The position numbers and the translations under genes are program-made. Positions 1 to 8,833 of a stretch of DNA of 64,000 bases are shown piece after piece. Within the stretch, counting starts at the first letter, position 1. Each line of letters starts with the position of its first letter. The notes under the pieces were generated by a model, which worked only from the letters and a program-made list of their open reading frames with translations, did no database searches and was not told where the DNA came from. Where the stretch lies: positions 124,001-188,000 of IMG/VR virus record IMGVR_UViG_3300046660_000488; one strand, 5' to 3'.

Positions 1-507
1 TATGCGTTCCGTGACGAATTGCTGGCGCGCACCGGCGCCCGCAGCCAGCGCATCCAGCAAGGCTACGTCGGTGAGCACATTCGCTTCCGGCTGTCCCAGA
101 CGGCGTCGTATCTGCGGACGTTCAACGCCTTCATGACCTTCAAGATGAAGGTCGGGGACGAACTGATCGAGATCGAGACCGACATGGCGCTCGCTGATTT
201 CCGCAAGCTCTGGGAGTCCGACAAGGTCGAGCGCAAGCTTATCAAGGAACGCATCTGCGTTCCGCACTACAACAACACGTGGGAAGTCGATTTCTTCATC
301 GAACCGGCCGACGTCGGCAATGGATTCGAGAAAATCTACATGGTCATGGCAGAGGTCGAACTGCCGCCCGGCAGGCTCCTGCCGTCAAGCGTGCCGAAAT
401 TCATCAACGACAACCTGATCTATTTGGTTGAGCCCAACGACCTGCGGTTCGTCAACGCCCGCCTCGGCACGCCGGACGAGGTCCGCGCACTGGTCGCCAG
501 CCTCTAG
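1..507 (+). CDS. CYTH-domain (triphosphate tunnel) protein, 5'-truncated by the window edge
   Basis: Frame open from base 1. CYTH-like pattern: RFRL..T.K, IEIE, KER, WEVDFF, AEVEL, RF.N..L. Confidence 0.7.
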   Translation, partial: YAFRDELLARTGARSQRIQQGYVGEHIRFRLSQTASYLRTFNAFMTFKMKVGDELIEIETDMALADFRKLWESDKVERKLIKERICVPHYNNTWEVDFFIEPADVGNGFEKIYMVMAEVELPPGRLLPSSVPKFINDNLIYLVEPNDLRFVNARLGTPDEVRALVASL

Positions 508-1802
508 CGTTTCTTGATCGGCGCGAAGCGCATGCGGCTGGTGGGGATCACCACGCTGGCGTTGAACTCGCCGATGAAATTGGCGGGCATGTCGCTGGCC
601 TGCCACGGGTCGCGGTCCCAGCCTTGGGATCGCGGCGATCCCTTCATTTCGTAATTGCCGACGTTGTCGCGGCGAATGTCGCCGTTGTAATACTCGCTGT
701 CGTGGTTGTCGTTCTCAGTTTCCAACTCGGCGGCGCGCGCATTGGCTTCGTCAGCCGTGTTGAACGTTTCCTTGTGCGTGACGTCGTCGGCGTACTCTTC
801 GCCGTTCCACTTCGCTCGATAGTAAGTCACCGTGTATTTCATCGGTGTGCGGAAGTAGATCACGCACGGAAACTTGTCTCCACCGGCCTTCAGCACGCGG
901 GCCGCGCGGTGGCGACCTTCGTGGCCCTTGACCTTCCCGGTCTCTTGAACCACCCGCAGGAACGGGATGTTGTAAGAGGACTTGTTGAAGTCTGGGTCCG
1001 TCCCCTTCTTGAAATCGTCGAGCGACACCTTGGCGTCGTCCAGCACGTCCTGATACTCGCGCTCGTTCGTCGTCGTCAGACGGATGAAGTCGGCCGGGTT
1101 CATGACGCAGATCATCGCGCCATACATGCTGCGCGCATGCTTCACGCCGCCCTTGTTCAGCGGTAGGCGGACGGTCTCTTCGTTCACCGCGTTGGCGGCC
1201 CGCTCCAGATCGTCCCGCGTGCCGCGCGCCATGACCTCGACCCGGTCGGCCGGGATCGCGTCCGTGATGGCCACCACGCCCATGCCCAAGGTGTGCTTGG
1301 CGCGCCAGCCGTCCTGATCGGTGTAGGCGATCTTGACCAGCACGTTGTTCGCGCCCGGCTCGGCGTAGTTCAGGTCAGGCTCTGCTGAGGCGTGGACGAT
1401 AGGACGGCCGCGAAAGACGCCGCTGGACGATCCGTTCGTGTACTCGGCGTCGGACATCACGCGATAGAGGTGCTTGGGCGGCTCGCCGTCCTGTGTGCGC
1501 GGCAGGACGCGGCCATCCTTGAAGGGACCTTCGATCAGGCCCTCGACCACCGGAGCCTTCTTGTTGGCGGGTTTGCCGTCATCGCCGTAGAAGGTCTGCT
1601 TGCCGGTCTTGTCCTTGTTCGGGGTGTCCTTGGCGCCGGTGGTGTGACCAAAGCCTGTCCACGTCGGCGGCAGGCCGTTGTCATCGACGGTGTTGCCGAA
1701 TTTGGAAGCCTGACGCTTCGTCTCGCCCGGCCCCACGTCGCAGGTGGAGTTGATGCCGGGGACCACGAGGCCAAGTTCAGAAAGGATTTCACGAGCGCGC
1801 AT
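504..1802 (-). CDS. Late multidomain protein (putative internal head protein): MRAREILSE leader, ART-like middle domain, ParB/Srx-like domain
   Basis: TAAATA 5 nt upstream of the ATG. HLYRVMS..HAS..IPADRVEV is ART-fold-like; GHEGRHRA..FPCVIY is ParB-like. Confidence 0.55.
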   Translation of the reverse strand: MRAREILSELGLVVPGINSTCDVGPGETKRQASKFGNTVDDNGLPPTWTGFGHTTGAKDTPNKDKTGKQTFYGDDGKPANKKAPVVEGLIEGPFKDGRVLPRTQDGEPPKHLYRVMSDAEYTNGSSSGVFRGRPIVHASAEPDLNYAEPGANNVLVKIAYTDQDGWRAKHTLGMGVVAITDAIPADRVEVMARGTRDDLERAANAVNEETVRLPLNKGGVKHARSMYGAMICVMNPADFIRLTTTNEREYQDVLDDAKVSLDDFKKGTDPDFNKSSYNIPFLRVVQETGKVKGHEGRHRAARVLKAGGDKFPCVIYFRTPMKYTVTYYRAKWNGEEYADDVTHKETFNTADEANARAAELETENDNHDSEYYNGDIRRDNVGNYEMKGSPRSQGWDRDPWQASDMPANFIGEFNASVVIPTSRMRFAPIKKR

Positions 1803-1807
1803 TGCTG

Positions 1808-1813
1808 TATTTA
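1808..1813 (-). promoter_or_regulatory. T4-type late promoter TAAATA, 5 nt before ATG
   Basis: Minus strand reads gaTAAATAcagcaATG. Confidence 0.75.
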
Positions 1814-1842
1814 TCGACCACAGTTTTCACAGATGCTACTGT
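1814..1842 (+). promoter_or_regulatory. Sigma70-type promoter giving a leaderless transcript
   Basis: TCGACC-N17-TACTGT-N6-ATG(1849). Confidence 0.5.
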
Positions 1843-1848
1843 TTCTTA

Positions 1849-2562
1849 ATGAAGATCGCAGTCATCACAGCATACTACAACGAGACGTTCGAACAACTGA
1901 TGAAGTGTCACGACAGCGTCGTGAAGCAAAGCGGAGACGTCACGCACTTCATGGTCTCGGACGGCAAGCCCCATCCCGATATTGATTACTGGAACGGCGT
2001 GGTCCACATCAAGATTCCGAACCACGGTGACTACGGTGATACGCCGCGCGGCGTTGGTTCTGCTTCAGCCGCAGCCCAAGGCTACGATGCGATCTGCTTC
2101 CTCGACGCCGACAACTGGTACGAGCCCGATCACATCGAGAACATGCTGTACGCGGTCGAGACGACCGGCGCTCAAGTCGTGACGATGGCGCGCCACATCT
2201 ACACCAAGGATTTCCGCCTGCTGGGCATGTGCCACGAATCTGACGGCCTCACGTTCAACGACACCAACTGCTACTTCATCACCCGTCCGGCCTTCCCGGC
2301 TTGCGCGGCGTGGATGTTCAAGGATCAGTCGGACGGCATCGTCGGAGACCGCCGGTTCTGGGAAGCGATCAAGACGGGCGGCTACTCGCGCGCTCACGTC
2401 GCCGCGCCGACGATCAACTACGTCTCGACGCTGGCGTTCCACTACCAGATGTTTGGCGAAACTCCGCCGGACGACTCGAAGGTGATCGTCAAGAAGACGT
2501 ATGACGAGCCGTTCACGATGGTCAGCTACGCCGAGTTCAAGAAGCTTTCCGGTCAGAGGTAG
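1849..2562 (+). CDS. GT-A (GT2-like) glycosyltransferase
   Basis: IAVITAYYNE N-terminus, VSDG, ICFLDADNW (DxD motif). Confidence 0.8.
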   Translation: MKIAVITAYYNETFEQLMKCHDSVVKQSGDVTHFMVSDGKPHPDIDYWNGVVHIKIPNHGDYGDTPRGVGSASAAAQGYDAICFLDADNWYEPDHIENMLYAVETTGAQVVTMARHIYTKDFRLLGMCHESDGLTFNDTNCYFITRPAFPACAAWMFKDQSDGIVGDRRFWEAIKTGGYSRAHVAAPTINYVSTLAFHYQMFGETPPDDSKVIVKKTYDEPFTMVSYAEFKKLSGQR

Positions 2563-3437
2563 ACGTTGTTGTCGCCTTTCAGGTAGGCGATGATGTCCTT
2601 GGCGCCGCGATAGACGCGCTTGTCGCTGTTGGTCCGGACCGTCAGGGAAATCCACGGGGCGGCCTGATAGCGGGCTGTGAACAGCAGGCGAGCGGCTTTC
2701 ATGGCGGCGGTGTCGTTCAGGGCGAACACGGTCGCCTCGTAATTCTCGCCGTTGGCGTGGACGGATACGGCCGCCCAGCCCTTCTGCTCAGCCACACCAA
2801 GGGCCTTAACGAGACTGGGGACACCGGCGACCCCGAACGTGTCCGGACTGGCCTTCAGGGCGTCGTGGTGGGTCTTGTTGATGTCGAAGGCCTTGAAGAC
2901 CTTGTCGTTGATGTTGACCCACGCCTTGTAGTCGCGCGCACGGCTCGCAGCGGCGCTCTTTGCCTGCTGGTACGTCGCGTCTGATTTACCGATCTGGTGC
3001 AGAAGGCGCGGCAGGCTGTTGATGAAGTCCCAGTCGTTGGCCGGGTTGCCGTTGAACGATTTGTGGTCGATGGCGTGAGGCTGGCCCAGCACCTTGCCGT
3101 CCATGGCGATCAGCAGCATTTTCTTGGCCGCGCCGGACATGAAGATGGCCTTGCTGTCAGGGTGCAGCAGGCTCATGGCCTTGGCCATTTCCTTGTAGAC
3201 CTTCGAATTCCCCCAGAGGTTCAGGTGAGACAGACGCTTGCCGTCGAACGCCCACAGGACGACGGGGAATTTCTGACCATCGCCGATCAGTTCGAAGATG
3301 GCCTTGCGGACGAAGTTCGGATCGCTGAAATCGTTTTTGTGGATGGTCGAATCCCCACCGGCGTAGTCCGCCCACTGCGGCTGCGTCGAGCGCTCGAACA
3401 GGGTTCGTGCAAGCGATTTCTGAATTCTTTTGGCCAT
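2553..3437 (-). CDS. Late protein, putative internal head protein
   Basis: TAAATA (3448-3443)-N5-ATG 3437 resets the start to MAKRIQKSLARTLFE; LFE motif near the N-terminus. Confidence 0.5.
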   Translation of the reverse strand: MAKRIQKSLARTLFERSTQPQWADYAGGDSTIHKNDFSDPNFVRKAIFELIGDGQKFPVVLWAFDGKRLSHLNLWGNSKVYKEMAKAMSLLHPDSKAIFMSGAAKKMLLIAMDGKVLGQPHAIDHKSFNGNPANDWDFINSLPRLLHQIGKSDATYQQAKSAAASRARDYKAWVNINDKVFKAFDINKTHHDALKASPDTFGVAGVPSLVKALGVAEQKGWAAVSVHANGENYEATVFALNDTAAMKAARLLFTARYQAAPWISLTVRTNSDKRVYRGAKDIIAYLKGDNNVYL

Positions 3438-3442
3438 AGGCA

Positions 3443-3448
3443 TATTTA
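3443..3448 (-). promoter_or_regulatory. T4-type late promoter TAAATA
   Basis: Minus strand reads ccTAAATAtgcctATG. Confidence 0.7.
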
Positions 3449-3621
3449 GGCAATTTCGTTTCCCAGTCCGAAAAACGAGCTTGCCACCCGGCCGGTGTTT
3501 CCCTATCCATGTCCACGACGCGCCCTTGCTCAGTCTCGGTTTCACCGATTTCACGAGACGACCCGGCCAGACAGGGTTGGGCCTATCTGGTTGATAGCAA
3601 GCGGCGCGTCTCCCTACCGAA

Positions 3622-3656
3622 TTTGGTTGACCAGAATTAACCCACCTGATTAGGTT
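3622..3656 (+). promoter_or_regulatory. Early sigma70-type promoter with TTTGG-TTGAC extended -35
   Basis: TTTGG-TTGACC-N18-TAGGTT-N5-ATG(3662). The same extended -35 recurs near 10050, 14300 and 53627. Confidence 0.6.
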
Positions 3657-3661
3657 GGGGC

Positions 3662-4177
3662 ATGATCTCCGTGACCCATTATTTCCTCGCCGTCACCGGC
3701 ATGTTCGCCCTCGGGTGCATCGTTGGCTACGTGATTTGCCAGTACCGGGCACAGCGGCAGATGGAAGAGTTGGCCAAGCATCACTGGAAGAACCGTGAGG
3801 CTCTTATCGGCGCGGTGACCATGGTCTCCGGCGACATCATCGACGCCATTGACGTCGTGAACACCGACCGCAATTTCGAGAACCTTCATCGCCGCCTGAT
3901 CAAGCTTGGCGAAGAGTACGGCGAAGCCTCGGAAGCCTACCTCGCCTCGACCAGCAGCCGCAGCTACAAGAAGCTGACCTACGCCGATCTGCGCGAGGAA
4001 TTGGCCGACACGGTCATCGTGGCCGTCGATCTGGCCCTGACGCGCACCCCGGACCAAATCGCCTCTGGCCTGACCACCAACCAAGCCAAGTCTGAATTCG
4101 CCAACATCATCGGCCGCAAGCTCCTGAAGTGGGTCGAAAATCGTCAACGCGGTCTGGTCATGACCGATGCGGAGTAG
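3662..4177 (+). CDS. MazG-like NTP pyrophosphatase with an N-terminal hydrophobic segment
   Basis: KLGEEYGEASEA and LREELADTVIVAVD (EExxE..ExxD) motifs; RKLLKW. Confidence 0.7.
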   Translation: MISVTHYFLAVTGMFALGCIVGYVICQYRAQRQMEELAKHHWKNREALIGAVTMVSGDIIDAIDVVNTDRNFENLHRRLIKLGEEYGEASEAYLASTSSRSYKKLTYADLREELADTVIVAVDLALTRTPDQIASGLTTNQAKSEFANIIGRKLLKWVENRQRGLVMTDAE

Positions 4178-4181
4178 CACC

Positions 4182-4460
4182 ATGAAATTCGCCAAGATCG
4201 CCCTCATTGTGGGCGCCGCCGTCTCTCTGTCCGCCTGCACGGTCGGCAAGGGCAAGGTTACCGACATGCTGGAGGCGGACGGCTACACGGACGTCAACGT
4301 CAAGGGCCACGCATGGTTCGGGTGTTCTGACGGCGACGACGCCACGCAAGCGTTCGAGGCCACCAAGAACGGCCACCGCGTCAAGGGCGTCGTCTGCGGC
4401 CACGTCGTGCCGTGGGGCAAGGCTCCGACGACCCGGATTCAGAGCGCCAAGAAGCTCTGA
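4182..4460 (+). CDS. Putative lipoprotein
   Basis: Signal peptide with lipobox LSAC. Confidence 0.6.
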   Translation: MKFAKIALIVGAAVSLSACTVGKGKVTDMLEADGYTDVNVKGHAWFGCSDGDDATQAFEATKNGHRVKGVVCGHVVPWGKAPTTRIQSAKKL

Positions 4461-4463
4461 CCG

Positions 4464-4826
4464 ATGAAGACCGTCGATTACCTCACGTTCTGTGATCTTC
4501 CGAACGGCACGATCTACCGTGAAGTGGAGGTCAACAAGGACGGTGGCCATGGCCTTCCGGGCGAACTTAGTGTTCGTTTCGACGTTTTGCGCGATGACGA
4601 TGGCTGGCCCCGAGACTTCGTCGAAGGTCGCATGATCGTCGAGTCCGGAGACAATCGCGCCCATTATGGCTGCGGCCGGTGGGGTCTGTTCGAATACGAC
4701 AATTTGTACATCGTCTACGACGAATTGGACATTAGGCACACGGTTCGGTTCCTGACCGATCCGATGGAGTTCTTCAATCTCTATGACCACAAGCAGCAAC
4801 GAATTCCCGAAGATAAAGATCGGTGA
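4464..4826 (+). CDS. Hypothetical protein
   Basis: Coupled ORF with coding-like codon usage. Confidence 0.6.
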   Translation: MKTVDYLTFCDLPNGTIYREVEVNKDGGHGLPGELSVRFDVLRDDDGWPRDFVEGRMIVESGDNRAHYGCGRWGLFEYDNLYIVYDELDIRHTVRFLTDPMEFFNLYDHKQQRIPEDKDR

Positions 4827-5463
4827 TCGGATCGAAGTCACGCTGCAACAGCCTTACGGCAATCCGCCGTGGACATTGTGGCATGGCTATCTCGTGGCCG
4901 AATTCAACATCTACGGCGACCGGTTAGACGCCCACGATCAAATGGTCATTCTGGGTGACACACAGGACGGCGGTGGTCAGCCGATCAGCTTCCGCCGGGA
5001 TCAGGTGTTCCCCGAATTTGGCTCCATCCGGCATCTGGGCTACACCGACAAGCTGGAGAAACGCTTCGAACGTCTGTGGCGTGAGCGCCACCGTCCTCGG
5101 AAATGGTGGAACCGGTTGTCCGCTCTCCGCGAGGAAGAGTTGGACTCGCAGATCGAGACGATCCAGATGTCCTTGGCGGCTTTCAGGCTGGCCCAAGACA
5201 TCGCCTACACGCTCAAGGGAAAACCCGCTCGCAGTGAAATAATCACGCGCGTCGGTGCTTACCTCAAGCCCGGCTCTCCAGTCAGTGTGCGTATTCCGGA
5301 GAGAAGCGGAGGTCCGATAACAGTCAATGGCAAGTTCGTTGCTGATTTCAGGGGCTGGCGTTTCTTCCAATTCGACCACGGTGGAACACATGCTTACCGC
5401 GTGCCAGACGTGCAGCCCATTCGAAAGAAAAGAAAGGTTGCAACCAAGGTGAACATCGCTTAA
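4783..5463 (+). CDS. Hypothetical protein
   Basis: 226-aa ORF within the operon. Confidence 0.55.
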   Translation: MTTSSNEFPKIKIGDRIEVTLQQPYGNPPWTLWHGYLVAEFNIYGDRLDAHDQMVILGDTQDGGGQPISFRRDQVFPEFGSIRHLGYTDKLEKRFERLWRERHRPRKWWNRLSALREEELDSQIETIQMSLAAFRLAQDIAYTLKGKPARSEIITRVGAYLKPGSPVSVRIPERSGGPITVNGKFVADFRGWRFFQFDHGGTHAYRVPDVQPIRKKRKVATKVNIA

Positions 5464-5494
5464 GGTGAAGTTGAACTTTGGATAGGAGATCGTC

Positions 5495-5599
5495 GTGAAG
5501 ACGTTCGGCGCTACGCAGCGACAAGGAAACGGAGCACCCCGTGCGATGGCCATTGAAGCCACTCGCACGTGCACGCTCCGACGCCTGCGCGCTCGCTGA
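5495..5599 (+). CDS. Possible 34-aa small protein
   Basis: TAGGAG SD followed by GTG; MKTFGATQ...LRAR. Confidence 0.3.
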   Translation: MKTFGATQRQGNGAPRAMAIEATRTCTLRRLRAR

Positions 5600-5634
5600 A
5601 CCCCACGACCATCACTATTCATAGGAGGCCCGGC

Positions 5635-6207
5635 GTGGCCAAAGAACCGAAAGCCGTGATCGAAGCAACCGATCCGGTCAAGTACATCCCCAACTTCATC
5701 AGCAACCCGGACGAAATCTTCGCCGCGTTGTGGGACAATCTGGACTGGGAGAGAAGGGAGAATACCCCGAGAAGGGAGTATTGGGCCAACTCTCTGGACA
5801 GAGCGTACTCGTACCCGTCCAAATTCGGGATGAAGACTTACTACCCGAGGCCGTCCGTGCCCGAGATCGACGCTGTCTCCGCAGCCTTGGAGTCCTATTT
5901 GGGCTTCAAGTATGAGGGCTGCTTCCTGAACGGCTACGAGAACGGCGCCGACACCTTGGGGCCGCACGCCGACGACGACCCCGGCATCGATCACAATTTC
6001 CCCATCGCCGTCGTGACGGTCGGCTGTAAGAGGGAAATCGAGTTCATGGAAATGGCCACCAAGAGGAAGGTCAGGGTCATGCTGGAGCCGGGTTCTCTGT
6101 TCCTGATGGAGCCGGGAATGCAGTCCACCCACTTGCACAAGATTCCTCCGGCTGGCTTCGTCGCCACCCCGAGGATCAGCCTGACCTTCAGGAAACTGAT
6201 CGCATGA
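5635..6207 (+). CDS. AlkB-like 2OG-Fe(II) oxygenase
   Basis: HxD (HADD), distal H (HKIP), RISLTFR; AGGAGG SD before the GTG. Confidence 0.85.
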   Translation: MAKEPKAVIEATDPVKYIPNFISNPDEIFAALWDNLDWERRENTPRREYWANSLDRAYSYPSKFGMKTYYPRPSVPEIDAVSAALESYLGFKYEGCFLNGYENGADTLGPHADDDPGIDHNFPIAVVTVGCKREIEFMEMATKRKVRVMLEPGSLFLMEPGMQSTHLHKIPPAGFVATPRISLTFRKLIA

Positions 6208-6482
6208 TCCACACGTTCTGGGCGGCCCGTTCCAAACAGGCCTATCGCAACCACCATGGTGGGCCGCCGGTGGATCGTCCGATCCAGTTCGCCTATGAAT
6301 TCGATGTGGGTTCTTACCTGACCCGCTCGAACGGGTTTCAGCCGGGCTTCGCAGAGGCCCGGCTGTTTCCAACCGCCGCGAAGGCCAAACAAAACGTCCG
6401 GTCCAGCAGCAGCGTCATCAAGGTCGATGACTTCGACGCATGGTTTGAGATCGTTCCAGTCGAAGTCAAGGAACCGGCATGA
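6204..6482 (+). CDS. Hypothetical protein
   Basis: ATGA overlap with the upstream stop. Confidence 0.6.
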   Translation: MIHTFWAARSKQAYRNHHGGPPVDRPIQFAYEFDVGSYLTRSNGFQPGFAEARLFPTAAKAKQNVRSSSSVIKVDDFDAWFEIVPVEVKEPA

Positions 6483-6868
6483 GCGTCCACCGCGTTGAGG
6501 TGACCAGCCATGGTCCGGAGCACCTTCAGAAGATTCTGGGCCTAATTCTGACGTCGCCGAGCCAGAAATTCGCCAACGTCCAAATCCCGCCGCATGAGTC
6601 CACCTTCTCCGCATGGCGGGTCAAGGATGGCGTGCTGTTCTTCGGGACGAGCTACGGATCGTCGGCCAAGGACGAGTGGACGAAATTCCCATGCTCGATG
6701 ACCGGCGCCATGGTCGTTCCGATCATCACCGCGTGGCTCGGCGACCAGAAATATCCTCCCCAGCCGCCGTTTGACGGCGACTCCGTCAAGGGATACCTGA
6801 TCAAGACGCGGGTCGGCTATGAGGGCGATTTCTCCGTCGAACCGGCGTGGGTCCATTACGGCAAGTAG
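6479..6868 (+). CDS. Hypothetical protein
   Basis: Coupled ORF. Confidence 0.6.
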   Translation: MSVHRVEVTSHGPEHLQKILGLILTSPSQKFANVQIPPHESTFSAWRVKDGVLFFGTSYGSSAKDEWTKFPCSMTGAMVVPIITAWLGDQKYPPQPPFDGDSVKGYLIKTRVGYEGDFSVEPAWVHYGK

Positions 6869-7582
6869 ATGTTCATCAGCCACATTCGCGCGAAGAACCT
6901 GAAGCCACACGCGGATTGCATCCGGAGCTTCAGTTTCGAAATGAATTTCCGCCATCCGGTGTCGATCATCCACGGCGCGAACGGCTCGGGCAAATCCACT
7001 TTCTTCCGGTTCTTGGCCATGCTGGTCGGGACCGACGAGGCCCACGAGAAGATCGTCCGGCAGATGACGGTGGAAGAGTTCGCGATCCGCGTGGAGGACG
7101 ACGAGCGCCTAACGTCGGCTTCCATGATCGGTCGCGGCATCGAGCGATACGCCATCGACGAGTTTCGAGCCAAGCTCCCGCGCCGCGCCACCTATGACGA
7201 TGGCCACGGCCAACAGTTCGTCAGCGAGTACCGGCCGCCGGAGCAGAACTCGCGCGGCATCCACAAGGCCATGCGTCTGTTCAAGAACATGCCGCACATC
7301 GAATACAAGCGCGGCAAGAGCATGTGCGTCGCTGGCCCGAGCAGCAGTCAGGTACGGCTCATCGGCGTCGGGTTGCTGCGCGCACCCAAGGACATCCCGA
7401 TGCTGCTCGACGACGTCGATACCGGCTATGGTGAGAACGTGGCCAAGCATTTCAACACCCTGATCGGCGACATCCCCGGCCAACAGGTGATCATGTCCTG
7501 CCGAAACTTCGACACGATGAGCGCCTACGTCACCACGACCTTGCAGCGCAACGAAATGCTATTCTCGTCCAATGAGTGGTGA
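6869..7582 (+). CDS. ABC/SMC-like P-loop ATPase with divergent motifs
   Basis: Walker A GANGSGKS; Walker B LLDDVD; the signature is PSSSQ rather than LSGGQ. Confidence 0.65.
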   Translation: MFISHIRAKNLKPHADCIRSFSFEMNFRHPVSIIHGANGSGKSTFFRFLAMLVGTDEAHEKIVRQMTVEEFAIRVEDDERLTSASMIGRGIERYAIDEFRAKLPRRATYDDGHGQQFVSEYRPPEQNSRGIHKAMRLFKNMPHIEYKRGKSMCVAGPSSSQVRLIGVGLLRAPKDIPMLLDDVDTGYGENVAKHFNTLIGDIPGQQVIMSCRNFDTMSAYVTTTLQRNEMLFSSNEW

Positions 7583-7922
7583 CGTCATCCGGGTCGATTG
7601 CCTGCGCGCCGAGCTTCGCGCGGCTGGAGCGCCCTATCTGGTGTTCCATGACCCCAATGGCCCACATGGCGCGAAGCAACCGTTCCTGTTCGAGTGCTGG
7701 GAGCCGTCACCCGAACCACACGTCTGGGCGCGCCTCTACTACAAGACGTTCGACGATATGAAATTCGTCGTGGACAATCACGTCACCGACTGGCGCGCGG
7801 CCGGAGCCAAACAGGTTTTGACCGAAGACAGCCGCTTCCTAGATTTCGTCTTCCCGCTCGCGGATAATCCAACCGAAAATTCGTTTGCGATCAGTGCCTT
7901 ACGAAAAACTCGATCTCGTTGA
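7572..7922 (+). CDS. Hypothetical protein
   Basis: Coupled ORF. Confidence 0.55.
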   Translation: MSGDVIRVDCLRAELRAAGAPYLVFHDPNGPHGAKQPFLFECWEPSPEPHVWARLYYKTFDDMKFVVDNHVTDWRAAGAKQVLTEDSRFLDFVFPLADNPTENSFAISALRKTRSR

Positions 7923-7933
7923 CTAAATAGTTG

Positions 7934-7963
7934 TTGACGGGATGCTCCTGTCAAACGTATAAA
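7934..7963 (+). promoter_or_regulatory. Sigma70 promoter for the tRNA region, with a TAAATA late promoter just upstream at 7924-7929
   Basis: TTGACG-N18-TATAAA. Confidence 0.7.
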
Positions 7964-7970
7964 GACAATT

Positions 7971-8215
7971 ATGACCAACGCACCGAACCACTTCCGCACC
8001 CTGACGACCGGCTTTGCCGGTTGCGGCGACGTGCGCGGTATCGGCGGCGGTCGCGGGGAACGAGAACGTTCCGCCGGGCCGCTCGGTCGTACTGGGGATA
8101 CTGTGGGACGCTAAGCGTCCCCGAAACTCTCCCTCCCGTTACGAACGCGAGAATGCCCGGCGACCAGAAAGTATCTTTCTGGCGGTGAGGCTGTATTTCC
8201 AAAGACAATCTGTAG
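7971..8215 (+). ncRNA. Structured leader or candidate ncRNA ahead of the tRNA cluster, containing a possible 47-aa leaderless ORF (7971-8114)
   Basis: Hairpins at 8007-8021, 8057-8072, 8105-8121 and 8164-8182, plus long-range pairing 8073-8079/8155-8161. Confidence 0.4.
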
Positions 8216-8216
8216 C

Positions 8217-8292
8217 GCGGGTGTAGCTCAATGGCTAGAGCGCTACCTTGCCGAGGTAGAGGTTGTGGGTTCGAGTCCCATCACCCGCTCCA
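8217..8292 (+). tRNA. tRNA-Gly(GCC)
   Basis: Acceptor GCGGGTG/CACCCGC, anticodon loop TTGCCGA, TTCGAG T-loop, U73, encoded CCA. Confidence 0.95.
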
Positions 8293-8325
8293 GATGTCTT
8301 AGGAACCAGTCTCCGCTACTTCCAC

Positions 8326-8400
8326 GGAGCATTCCTCTATCGGCTAAGAGACCCGGTTTTCACCCGGACAAGAGGGGTTCGATTCCCCTATGCTCTACCA
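8326..8400 (+). tRNA. tRNA-Glu(TTC)
   Basis: Acceptor GGAGCAT/ATGCTCT, loop TTTTCAC, TTCGAT T-loop, encoded CCA. Confidence 0.9.
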
Positions 8401-8402
8401 AT

Positions 8403-8477
8403 GTCTCGTTCGTATATCGGTTAGTATGCTGGACTTTCACTCCAGAGGGACGGGTTCGACTCCCGTACGAGACACCA
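8403..8477 (+). tRNA. tRNA-Glu(TTC)
   Basis: Acceptor GTCTCGT/ACGAGAC, loop CTTTCAC, encoded CCA. Confidence 0.93.
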
Positions 8478-8497
8478 AATAAAGTAAAGAAAGGTAG

Positions 8498-8528
8498 TTG
8501 ACACAGATTTCGAAGTAGAGTTTAAGAG
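8498..8528 (+). promoter_or_regulatory. Internal sigma70-type promoter in the tRNA cluster
   Basis: TTGACA, then 17-19 nt, then TTTAAG/TAAGAG in an A-rich spacer. Confidence 0.45.
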
Positions 8529-8551
8529 TAACCGAAGTATTCGACTTGCAC

Positions 8552-8626
8552 GGACCATTAGTCTATGGGTTAAGACGTTGCGTTCTCAGCGCGAAGTAAC
8601 GGGTTCGAGTCCCGTATGGTCTGCCA
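8552..8626 (+). tRNA. tRNA-Glu(CTC)
   Basis: Acceptor GGACCAT/ATGGTCT, loop TTCTCAG, encoded CCA. Confidence 0.9.
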
Positions 8627-8663
8627 AGTCTTGTATTTCACAGTATAGATGTTTCGTTGTGTT

Positions 8664-8738
8664 GGTTCTGTAGCTCAGTGGGAGAGCGTCCGGTTGTCAG
8701 CCGGAAGGTCGCGGGTTCGAAACCCGTCAGGACCGCCA
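8664..8738 (+). tRNA. tRNA-Asp(GTC)
   Basis: Acceptor GGTTCTG/CAGGACC, loop TTGTCAG, G73, encoded CCA. Confidence 0.95.
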
Positions 8739-8753
8739 TCACCAAACATCTAT

Positions 8754-8828
8754 GCGGCTGTAGCTCAGGGGTAGAGTACTGCACTGTCGATGCAGTTGTC
8801 GCGGGTTCAAATCCCGTCAGTCGCGCCA
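8754..8828 (+). tRNA. tRNA-Asp(GTC)
   Basis: Acceptor GCGGCTG/CAGTCGC, loop CTGTCGA, G73, encoded CCA. Confidence 0.93.
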
Positions 8829-8833
8829 TTTCC

